DNA of 14,428 nucleotides from an uncultured Candidatus Poseidoniales archaeon. GTDB taxonomy: Archaea; Thermoplasmatota; Poseidoniia; Poseidoniales; Thalassarchaeaceae. The stretch spans positions 25,845-40,272 of the forward strand of contig CAZXZO010000019.1 in assembly GCA_964645485.1 (NCBI GenBank), written 5' to 3'. A program made the position numbers and the translations under genes. This document shows positions 4,879 to 12,479 of the stretch, piece by piece. Positions within the stretch are counted from its first letter, which is position 1. The number at the start of each line of letters is the position of its first letter. The notes under the pieces were generated by a model, which was given only the letters and a program-made list of their open reading frames with translations, made no database searches and was not told the DNA's origin.

Positions 4879-6852
4879 TTAATCACCTGAGGGATTTGAA
4901 TCAACTTCACTATTGGTAGAATTGTTACGGTTTTGGTTTAATTTGATTGCACCACCAAGACCAATCACGATAATTGCGATTGCAACCCAAATGAGATAAT
5001 TACCCTCCTCCGGTGGGGGAGCCTCTTCCAAGACCAATATTGTCTGGTCAATCTTTACATTTTGTACAACCTGAATATGTCCAGTGGACCATTTTACTCT
5101 CACTTCATTAACTTGAGTTTCAGTCCCCAATCCAAAATGCACAACAGGGTCGCCTGAACCGAGATAACCTGAACCTGCGTAGGTTTGTTGTGCGATTACA
5201 CTACCATCGGATAATTCAACCTCAACCAACATTCCAATTCCATAACTGTTTGATTGGTTTCCTTGTAGGGCAACTTTAAGCCAATGATTTCCAGTAATCT
5301 GTGCAGCGTTGTTCTCAAACAGTTGTAGTGGCCCATCAGAGTTAGCGACAATGATGTCGATATCTCCATCACCATCAAAGTCTACTGTTGAAGCACCCAT
5401 GCTCTTTTCATGGCCCCCTAATCCTGCTTCTACTGTTATATCGGTTAACCAACCATTGCCATCGTTTCTGAACAATGTATTTTCTTGAGTTGGAACATAA
5501 GTGTTGATACGTCCAGCAGTTGTGAATAAATCAAAATCACCATCTAGGTCATAATCAAAAAAATGGCAATCCCAGTTTACTGTGATTCTCTTTTCATCAT
5601 TATTGTGGAAATCACTATCTAATTCTCTTTCAAATGATTCCCCATTTTGATTATACCAAATGAAATTGGGACCAAAGTTTGTTTGACATAGGTCAAAATC
5701 CCCATCAGCATCTAAGTCTGCAGCATGAGCACCCATGCCAGTTCCTTGAAGTAACATTCCGGCTTTGCCAGTAACTAAATCAAAGGTTCCATCGCCATTA
5801 TTTTCGTACAGTGGAGAAATACCAAAGTCACTAGCAATAAACAGGTCTTCCCAGCCATCTTTGTTGTAATCAAACCATAAGGCAGCCCAAGAAACTCCTG
5901 TTCCTGCTGGCGAGAGAATATTCCCATTCCCTAGAACTACATCTCCACCCTGAGCGCCAGCAGGAGCCTCATCCTGAGATTCGTTAGAAACTGCGGGGAT
6001 GAAATCCTCAGATGGATTGAGTTCTTGACCTGAAATTCGTCCCGCTTCAATCGTCTGGTCACTAAATTCTGGAACACCATCACCATTGGAATCACCTTCG
6101 TTCCGATAGAGGATATTGGTTTCAGGCCACATATCAAAATCCCTCTCATCTACAATTCCAGAATTAATTGAGTACAAATCGAGGTCGCCATCATGGTCAT
6201 AATCCGCCCAGACTCCACCAGCAGAGTGCCCTGGATTTCCGAGATTTGTAAGAGAAGTAACATCAGAAAATGTGCCATCACCATTGTTTGAAAACATGAT
6301 GTTGTCTTCACCACCGGAATTTTCTGCCGTAGATGAGAAGTCTGCAATACCGAAATTTGAGATGTAAAGGTCAACATCTCCATCCCCATCATAATCTGCC
6401 CAACACGCACCAATTGCTGTTGAATTGACTAATTTCACACCTGCAGATACTGAAACATCGACAAATTGACCGCCATCATTTCGCATCAAAAACGTCTGAC
6501 CAGAACGGTTTTCCTCTATTGCCGCATCAATCACAGACTGGTCAGTGCCATCTGCAAAACTTTCTTCTGTTTCCATCCCAAGTTGGTCAAATCGAGCGGT
6601 GACATACAAATCTAAATCGCCATCCCCATCATAATCACCCCACGCGGTTCCCGGACCATAAGATGCCCAATTTGAAAGTGGCCCAGGTGAGAGATCTGCA
6701 AGCCCAGTGACATTACTAACATCTTGGAACTCAACCCCTAAAGGGTCGGAGCCAGAACTCTGTACAGCCCCACCTAAAGCAGGGGAAAATGCTGAGGCGA
6801 GTAAAACCAACAGAACTAGAGTTGGTAAACTGCGACTAGCACTTTGATTCAT
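4879..6852 (-). CDS. Cell-surface CRTAC1-like protein: signal peptide, seven FG-GAP/VCBS-type repeats, ASPIC/UnbV domain, C-terminal TM anchor (alternative GTG start at 6858)
   Basis: Seven DxDxDGxxD-type repeats (WGDYDGDGDLDLYV, WADYDGDGDVDLYI, WADYDHDGDLDLY, WFDYNKDGWEDLFI, AADLDADGDFDL, FFDYDLDGDFDLFT, TVDFDGDGDIDIIV). NHWLKVALQG...SGYLGS..PVVHFGLG...VRVKWSTG is ASPIC/UnbV. GAGGT SD lies 9 nt before the ATG at 6852. Confidence 0.9.
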   Translation of the reverse strand: MNQSASRSLPTLVLLVLLASAFSPALGGAVQSSGSDPLGVEFQDVSNVTGLADLSPGPLSNWASYGPGTAWGDYDGDGDLDLYVTARFDQLGMETEESFADGTDQSVIDAAIEENRSGQTFLMRNDGGQFVDVSVSAGVKLVNSTAIGACWADYDGDGDVDLYISNFGIADFSSTAENSGGEDNIMFSNNGDGTFSDVTSLTNLGNPGHSAGGVWADYDHDGDLDLYSINSGIVDERDFDMWPETNILYRNEGDSNGDGVPEFSDQTIEAGRISGQELNPSEDFIPAVSNESQDEAPAGAQGGDVVLGNGNILSPAGTGVSWAALWFDYNKDGWEDLFIASDFGISPLYENNGDGTFDLVTGKAGMLLQGTGMGAHAADLDADGDFDLCQTNFGPNFIWYNQNGESFERELDSDFHNNDEKRITVNWDCHFFDYDLDGDFDLFTTAGRINTYVPTQENTLFRNDGNGWLTDITVEAGLGGHEKSMGASTVDFDGDGDIDIIVANSDGPLQLFENNAAQITGNHWLKVALQGNQSNSYGIGMLVEVELSDGSVIAQQTYAGSGYLGSGDPVVHFGLGTETQVNEVRVKWSTGHIQVVQNVKIDQTILVLEEAPPPEEGNYLIWVAIAIIVIGLGGAIKLNQNRNNSTNSEVDSNPSGD

Positions 6853-6885
6853 CCACACTCAACCTCTTATGAGCCTCCGAGGAAG

Positions 6886-6900
6886 TTATTGCATGAATAA
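6886..6900. promoter_or_regulatory. Imperfect palindrome TTATT-GCATG-AATAA in the divergent promoter region; candidate transcription-factor site
   Basis: Inverted repeat with 5-bp arms, lying between the divergent CRTAC1-like gene and ribB. Function is inferred only. Confidence 0.25.
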
Positions 6901-6968
6901 TCTCCTCATAAAATAATGAAAAATGACCGGACCGAAAGTAACGGGTATCTAAGCCCCCTCCGCGATAT

Positions 6969-7682
6969 ATGGGCGGGTCACAACTTGATGATGCAATTGC
7001 GGCATTTCGTGACGGAAATCCCGTTTTAGTCTTTGATTCTGACTTTAGAGAGAGAGAAACTGACCTTCTTTGGCCTGCTACTGCGGCAACACCGGAAGTA
7101 ATGCGTCAATTACGCAAAGATTGCGGCGGCTTGCTTTTTCTCGCAATTGGTCATGATGTGGCCGAACTGTTCGACCTCCCTTACCTCCAAGACCTACACA
7201 CTAACCCTTCACTAGTAGAGGAGCATCCTGTTTTGGATGTGTTAATCACCGATGATTTACGCTATGATACACGAAGTGCTTTCACCTTATCACTCAACCA
7301 CCGAGATACATTCACAGGAATAACTGATAGTGACCGCTCCTTAACCACTCGCCGTTTTGGAGAATTGACAAAAGAATTGCTGGAAAAAGAGGTGAGCAGA
7401 GAGCAATCAATGACTGCCCTTGGCTCAGAATTTCGTACACCCGGGCACATTCCTCTATGTCGGGAATCACCCGGTGGGCTTGCTACGCGGCAAGGCCACA
7501 CTGAATTGGCAGTTGCAATTGCCCGCTTGTCGGGAAATGTTGCATGCACTATCGGGGCTGAAATGCTTCAACCCGATGGCGATGGTGCGCTACCATTCGA
7601 AGAAGCCGTGAAATACGGCCAAGAAAGAGGGATTCCAATCATCAGCGGAGCTGATTTGTTGGCAGCAATGGACAATCAATGA
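6969..7682 (+). CDS. ribB: 3,4-dihydroxy-2-butanone-4-phosphate synthase, archaeal type
   Basis: FDSDFRERETD, LRKDCGGL, YDTRSAF.LSLNHRDTFTGITDSDR, FRTPGH and RQGHTE match the M. jannaschii MJ0055-type RibB. Confidence 0.95.
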   Translation: MGGSQLDDAIAAFRDGNPVLVFDSDFRERETDLLWPATAATPEVMRQLRKDCGGLLFLAIGHDVAELFDLPYLQDLHTNPSLVEEHPVLDVLITDDLRYDTRSAFTLSLNHRDTFTGITDSDRSLTTRRFGELTKELLEKEVSREQSMTALGSEFRTPGHIPLCRESPGGLATRQGHTELAVAIARLSGNVACTIGAEMLQPDGDGALPFEEAVKYGQERGIPIISGADLLAAMDNQ

Positions 7683-7714
7683 ATTGAAGTGGGGCAACCA
7701 AGGAGTTGAATTTG

Positions 7715-8182
7715 ATGTCACGGGTGATGGCTGTTGGAGTCTTTGACCTGCTTCATGCTGGTCACCTTCACTATCTTGAGCAAGCAAAGGCTCTCGGTGA
7801 GCATTTGACAGTAGTAGTTGCTCATGATGAAACAGTCAGAAAAAGAAAGCACGAACCTGTTACTGGAATGGACTTGAGAAGGCGGATGGTTGAAGGATTG
7901 AAACCTGTAGATGTGGCAATCATCGGGCTTCCTCCATCCGAATCAATGTTTGACATTCTTGATGAGGTAAAACCCGATATCATCGCACTTGGATATGACC
8001 AAGACCATGCAGAAGAATGGATTAAGGGAGAACTCTTGAAAAGAGGCAAAGAACACATCCGCGTCTGTCGAGTTGAAGGACTCTCAGACGACCTTGATGG
8101 TACCCGCAAAATTATCTCCAGAATTCTTGAATTATCAGCAGTCCGGAAGCAAATTGATGATGTTGAGGGAAGTGAGGATTGA
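7715..8182 (+). CDS. ribL: Archaeal FAD synthase (cytidylyltransferase superfamily)
   Basis: GVFDLLHAGH (HxGH), VVVAHDETV, LKPVD and KPDIIALGYDQ, plus its position inside the rib operon. AGGAG SD at 7701..7705 favours the ATG at 7715 over the TTG at 7706. Confidence 0.88.
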   Translation: MSRVMAVGVFDLLHAGHLHYLEQAKALGEHLTVVVAHDETVRKRKHEPVTGMDLRRRMVEGLKPVDVAIIGLPPSESMFDILDEVKPDIIALGYDQDHAEEWIKGELLKRGKEHIRVCRVEGLSDDLDGTRKIISRILELSAVRKQIDDVEGSED

Positions 8183-8796
8183 TGTTTAGTGGAATCGTTC
8201 AAGGAACTGCTGAAATTACCACAGCAATCGGGCGGGATGATGTCTTAACTATCGACGTGAAGTTGGGTGGAAAACTCATTGAAGGATTAGAAATTGGTGC
8301 TAGCGTTGCAGTTGATGGTGTCTGCTTGACAGCAGTTGAAATCACTGAAACAACTGCAAAATTTGACATAATTGAGGAGACCATTCGTTGTACTACTCTA
8401 AATATTGAGAGAAAAAACACCCAAGCCAATATTGAGCGCTCCCTAAAATTTGGTGATGAAATCGGAGGCCACCATGTATCAGGGCATGTTACTTCGGTGG
8501 CCACCATTAGCGAAATTAAACAAGGAGTAAACGGCAGAACTCTGCAGTTAACTTGTGATGAAAAAGAAATTTCTTACCTGATGCCAAAAGGATTTGTTGC
8601 AATTGATGGGATTAGTCTGACAGTAGGTGAAGTGAATCGCTCAACTGCTTCATTTGACGTGCACTTAATTCCTGAGACTATTGCCGTCACAACAATCGGT
8701 GGAAAACAGGAGGGAGACACAGTGAATCTTGAACTTGATTCTGCAACAGTGGCCGCTGTTGAAGCGGCAAAACAGATGCTAGCAAACCAGCAATAA
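8182..8796 (+). CDS. ribE: Riboflavin synthase, bacterial/eukaryotic homotrimeric type (E. coli RibC, 'alpha chain')
   Basis: N-terminal MFSGIV (MFTG-type) and two lumazine-binding repeats: SVAVDGVCLT..NIERSL..G.EIGGHHVSGHV and GFVAIDGISLTV..IPET..VNLELD. TGATG stop/start overlap with ribL. Confidence 0.95.
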   Translation: MFSGIVQGTAEITTAIGRDDVLTIDVKLGGKLIEGLEIGASVAVDGVCLTAVEITETTAKFDIIEETIRCTTLNIERKNTQANIERSLKFGDEIGGHHVSGHVTSVATISEIKQGVNGRTLQLTCDEKEISYLMPKGFVAIDGISLTVGEVNRSTASFDVHLIPETIAVTTIGGKQEGDTVNLELDSATVAAVEAAKQMLANQQ

Positions 8797-8838
8797 GAAT
8801 GAAATCAAAGAAGCCAACCCAAAAATGGAAGTGAGGAG

Positions 8839-9240
8839 ATGAGCAACAGTATTGGCATCGTTTGTGGAGAATTCCACAGAACAGAAGTTGAGTTGATGCT
8901 CGCGTTTGCTACTGAAAGTGCACTCGCACATGGACTTGAAGTCGGCGAAGTTGTCTGGGTCCCAGGATCAATGGAAGCACCATTAGCAGCAGCAAGACTG
9001 CTGGAACAAGATAACATCGCAGGAGTCGCATGTTTAGGTATCATTGAGAAAGGTGAGACTCAACACGGTTTAGCAATGGGTCAAGCGGTCATCAAATCTC
9101 TAATTGAGGCACAACTCGCATTTGACAAACCGGTCGGACTTGGGATTATTGGGCCAGGCGCTGAGCCGCAGCACATTCAACCTAGATTAGAACCACATGC
9201 TCGAGCCGCAATTGCGGCAATCGCCAAAATGTTGAATTAA
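8839..9240 (+). CDS. ribH: 6,7-dimethyl-8-ribityllumazine synthase, archaeal type
   Basis: IGIVCGEFH, VPGSMEAPLA, GETQH and KPVGLGIIGPG resemble MJ0303-type RibH. GAGGAG SD upstream. Confidence 0.92.
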   Translation: MSNSIGIVCGEFHRTEVELMLAFATESALAHGLEVGEVVWVPGSMEAPLAAARLLEQDNIAGVACLGIIEKGETQHGLAMGQAVIKSLIEAQLAFDKPVGLGIIGPGAEPQHIQPRLEPHARAAIAAIAKMLN

Positions 9241-9285
9241 ATTTCATTCTCAAGATTGATGAAGGGTCTCCACCCCCGCCACCAT

Positions 9286-10209
9286 ATGGCAGATGTACAC
9301 AACGTCATCATCATCGGCTCAGGGCCAGCCGGATACACAGCCGGATTATACACAGCAAGAGCGATGCTTGAACCTCTCATGTTCGCAGGGTATGCATCTG
9401 GTGGCCAATTAATGCTAACATCAGACATCGAAAATTTCCCAGGATATCCTGAAGGAATCGGCGGCCCAGAAATGATGGCTGAATTACGCCAACAAGCTGA
9501 AAGATTTGGATTGACAGTTGAGGACAAAAATGTCGAGAAGGTAGACTTCTCATCTCGACCCTTCAAAGTGACAGTAGAAGGTGAAGAACACTTGGCAAAA
9601 GCGATAATCATAACCACTGGAGCGGATGCAATTTGGCTAGACGCAGAAGGTGAACAAGAACAGAAAGGAAAGGGTGTAAGCACCTGTGCAACTTGTGACG
9701 GATTTTTCTTCCGCGACCAGGAAGTTATTGTGGTGGGAGGAGGCGATTCGGCCATGGAAGAGGCCCATTTCCTTACCCGTTTTGCCTCAAAAGTGACAGT
9801 CGTACACCGAAGAGAGTACTTCCGAGCCTCTCAAACAATGTATGACCGTGTGGCTGCCCACCCGAAAATTGAGATTTTACTACACCGCCAAGTCAAGCGC
9901 TGGTTATCTGATGAATCCGGGTTATCCGGAGCGATACTTGAGGACCCACGGAATGGTTCCGAACACGAAATTTCCTGCACTGGTGCATTCATTGCAATAG
10001 GACACACACCAAACACTCCATTCCTTGAAGGACAAGTTCAAACTGATGATAGTGGCTATATCATTCACTCAGAACACACAATGACCTCTGTGCCCGGTGT
10101 ATTCGCTGCTGGAGATGTAGTTGATACACGCTACCGCCAAGCGATTACTGCTGCTGGCATGGGTTGTCAAGCCGCCATGGATGCTGAGAAGTGGCTTGAA
10201 GAAAACTAG
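9286..10209 (+). CDS. trxB: Thioredoxin-disulfide reductase
   Basis: IIGSGPAGYTA (FAD), CATCDG redox motif, VGGGDSAMEEA and HRR (NADPH), GVFAAGDV..YRQAITAAG.GC.AA. The ATG at 9286 (MADVHNVII) fits the family N-terminus better than 9256. Confidence 0.97.
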   Translation: MADVHNVIIIGSGPAGYTAGLYTARAMLEPLMFAGYASGGQLMLTSDIENFPGYPEGIGGPEMMAELRQQAERFGLTVEDKNVEKVDFSSRPFKVTVEGEEHLAKAIIITTGADAIWLDAEGEQEQKGKGVSTCATCDGFFFRDQEVIVVGGGDSAMEEAHFLTRFASKVTVVHRREYFRASQTMYDRVAAHPKIEILLHRQVKRWLSDESGLSGAILEDPRNGSEHEISCTGAFIAIGHTPNTPFLEGQVQTDDSGYIIHSEHTMTSVPGVFAAGDVVDTRYRQAITAAGMGCQAAMDAEKWLEEN

Positions 10210-10248
10210 TGGCAAACCGAATAGGTGAGTAGCACTTCGCACAGACCA

Positions 10249-11403
10249 ATGAGCGACCTCACAGCAGATGAAAGAGGGCGCTACGCGCGCCATCTCATCC
10301 TTCCTGATGTTGGTATTGAAGGCCAGCAGAAATTGAAGTCTGCAAGCGTATGTGTCATCGGTGCTGGAGGATTAGGTTCTCCAGCACTTCTCTATCTTGG
10401 GGCCGCTGGAATTGGTCGCATAGGAATTGTTGATGATGATTTGGTTGATTTAACAAATCTCCAACGCCAAATCATCCACTCAAACTCAGCAGTTGGGGAA
10501 GCAAAAGTAGAATCGGCTGCTCGCAGAATCTCAGATTTAAATCCAGAAATAACTGTTGATATCCACAACTGTAGGCTCGGCGTTGAAAATGCCCTTGAAA
10601 TCTTAGCAAAATATGATGTCATTGTTGATGGAGTTGACAACATTCCAACCCGCTACATCATTTCTGACGCCTGTGAGATATTAGGGAAACCTTGGGTCTA
10701 TGGGAGCATTTTCCGATTTGAAGGACAAACCTCCCTGTTTAACCACCTTGGGGGGCCCAATTATCGCGACCTATTTCCTGACCCACCACCACCAGAGGCT
10801 GTACCTTCTTGTGCTGAGGCTGGGGTACTAGGGGTATTACCCGGTGTAATCGGCTCTATTCAGGCCACTGAGGCTCTGAAAGTCATTCTTGAAATTGGCG
10901 AAACATTGTCTGGTAAATTGCTCATTTATGATGCAAAAAACATCGGATTCAAGACCTTGAAAGTTGGTGATTTACCAGCGCGTGAGCCAGTAACAAAACT
11001 GACAATCTTGGATGCATATTGTGAAACAACGCCAACGGCTAACTCTGACTCTAAAGTTGCTGACTTTCCCCCGCCAGGATTAGGTTCAATCCGCCCAGAT
11101 GAATTTGTCAAGAAATTGGATGAAGGTTGGCAGCCATTTTTACTAGATGTTAGAGGTGCCAATGAAGCAGAAATCGTAACCTTACCGGGGACCGATGCTA
11201 GAATTGAATTGATGTCATTGCTTGTAAAAATCCATGAATTACCAAAAGACCGAGATATCGTTGTCTATTGTCGCACAGGTGCGCGCTCGCTTAGCGCAAC
11301 TCACGCCCTCAAAAATACTGGGTTTTCTCACGCTATTCTAAATCTCAGCGGTGGAATCCACGCTTGGTCAGACCTCTTAGATTCCACTGTCCCGAAGTAT
11401 TGA
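10249..11403 (+). CDS. moeZ: MoeB/ThiF E1-like adenylyltransferase fused to a rhodanese domain (MoeZ/MoeBR type); alternative GTG start at 10225
   Basis: RYARHLILP, IGAGGLGSP, DLTNLQRQ, GPNYRDLFPDPPPP..VPSCAEAGVLG, and the C-terminal rhodanese LDVR...VYCRTGARS. Confidence 0.92.
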   Translation: MSDLTADERGRYARHLILPDVGIEGQQKLKSASVCVIGAGGLGSPALLYLGAAGIGRIGIVDDDLVDLTNLQRQIIHSNSAVGEAKVESAARRISDLNPEITVDIHNCRLGVENALEILAKYDVIVDGVDNIPTRYIISDACEILGKPWVYGSIFRFEGQTSLFNHLGGPNYRDLFPDPPPPEAVPSCAEAGVLGVLPGVIGSIQATEALKVILEIGETLSGKLLIYDAKNIGFKTLKVGDLPAREPVTKLTILDAYCETTPTANSDSKVADFPPPGLGSIRPDEFVKKLDEGWQPFLLDVRGANEAEIVTLPGTDARIELMSLLVKIHELPKDRDIVVYCRTGARSLSATHALKNTGFSHAILNLSGGIHAWSDLLDSTVPKY

Positions 11404-11414
11404 GGGCTGTAAGG

Positions 11415-11420
11415 TTGAAG
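11415..11420 (+). promoter_or_regulatory. TATA-like TTGAAG upstream of the pseudo-receiver gene
   Basis: Lies 26 nt before the ATG at 11447 with no SD; same spacing as the tRNA-Phe promoter. Confidence 0.45.
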
Positions 11421-11446
11421 GCATCCCCGCTTTACGCTCATCTTGA

Positions 11447-12424
11447 ATGGCATCTGTCATAGTGGCTGATGAGAACGAGGGGCGGCGCAATCTGCTTGCT
11501 GGTTCTATCGAGCGTGCGGGTTACGAAGTAACCAGAACCGCTACTCTAAGACAGTGTGAAGGTACTGCTTTGGCAACTATGCCTGATGTTGTATTAATGA
11601 ACAGTGATTGGAAATCTGGCGATGCTGTTGATACCGCTAGCAAATTGACTTCCGACCCTGAATTTGACCTGAAATGCCGTGTCGTGATTATGTCAGGAGA
11701 TTCGGGTTCAGAATATCTGATGTCAGCGGCACAAGCAGGGGTTGCAGAGGTTCTATCAAAACCAGTTGATATGAATAAACTACTCGGCCAATTGACCAAA
11801 CACGCTAACAAGTTGTTCGTGCCGCCTCCAGCAGATGTAAACACAGGCACGAAAGGCGGCTATTTTGACATTCAAGTCACCGCAGGTGACCCTTCTTGGA
11901 GTCTCCCAATTCTTGAGCAATTATTGGGTGAAGATTCTCTGTCAGATGATTTCGTCAGCGAAATCATGGGTAAAGTTGAGGCAGAACTTGATGGGTTTGA
12001 AGACCTTGACCCTGACACCCTGAAAACTATTCTCAGAACAACTTTTGATGCACTCATTTTAGACGCTACTGAAGAACATGGTGAAGGTGAAGAATCTCAA
12101 CGAATGAGCCGATTAGAGGAGGCTCTAGACCGGCAAGCCGAGCATATTGAACAGGTCTTGGAGGCAGCACTTGACCCTGTGTTGGACGAACAACCAGAGA
12201 AAGTTGCTTTACTAACCGAAGAGAATGGTCTAATCCCCACCGACCCCGATGCACTAAACATGACTGTGCGAACTCTTGAGATACTTCATGAACTTCTTTG
12301 GGAAATTGGAATTCCTGGCCGATTAGAAGATTCCACTCTCACTCACCGGGTTGAGGATGCGGTTATTTTGGCTCAAGATGCTAAGGAAGCACTTGAGGGA
12401 TTCCTGCCTGAAAATGAAGATTGA
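11447..12424 (+). CDS. Atypical response regulator: receiver-like domain (phosphoacceptor Asp replaced by Asn) plus an acidic C-terminal domain of unknown function
   Basis: VIVADE, GYEV, PDVVLMN, VVIMSG and AGVAEVLSKPVD reproduce the REC fold pattern. N52 is encoded by AAC at 11600..11602. Confidence 0.85.
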   Translation: MASVIVADENEGRRNLLAGSIERAGYEVTRTATLRQCEGTALATMPDVVLMNSDWKSGDAVDTASKLTSDPEFDLKCRVVIMSGDSGSEYLMSAAQAGVAEVLSKPVDMNKLLGQLTKHANKLFVPPPADVNTGTKGGYFDIQVTAGDPSWSLPILEQLLGEDSLSDDFVSEIMGKVEAELDGFEDLDPDTLKTILRTTFDALILDATEEHGEGEESQRMSRLEEALDRQAEHIEQVLEAALDPVLDEQPEKVALLTEENGLIPTDPDALNMTVRTLEILHELLWEIGIPGRLEDSTLTHRVEDAVILAQDAKEALEGFLPENED

Positions 12425-12436
12425 CTGACGAATGAA

Positions 12437-12471
12437 TTGAAGGCTGACTTCACCTCGCAGTAGTCAGGAGG
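12437..12471 (+). promoter_or_regulatory. TTGAAG TATA-like box and AGGAGG ribosome-binding site of the E1 fusion gene
   Basis: TTGAAG at 12437..12442; AGGAGG at 12466..12471, 8 nt before the GTG at 12480. Confidence 0.55.
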
Positions 12472-12479
12472 AATGATTT

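Noticed and set aside
6859-6968. FMN (RFN) riboswitch upstream of ribB
   Set aside because: The region is too short and AT-rich, and none of the RFN conserved blocks are seen.
7047-7057. (AG)n run in ribB as a phase-variation tract
   Set aside because: It is short and simply encodes the conserved RERE(T)D motif region; the frame is intact.
453-12254. Remaining short antisense or alternative-frame ORFs nested in the main genes (e.g. 453..755, 1958..2221, 4219..4530, 7822..8202, 9237..9755, 11521..11850)
   Set aside because: Each is fully overlapped by a well-supported gene and has no motifs or independent start signals.
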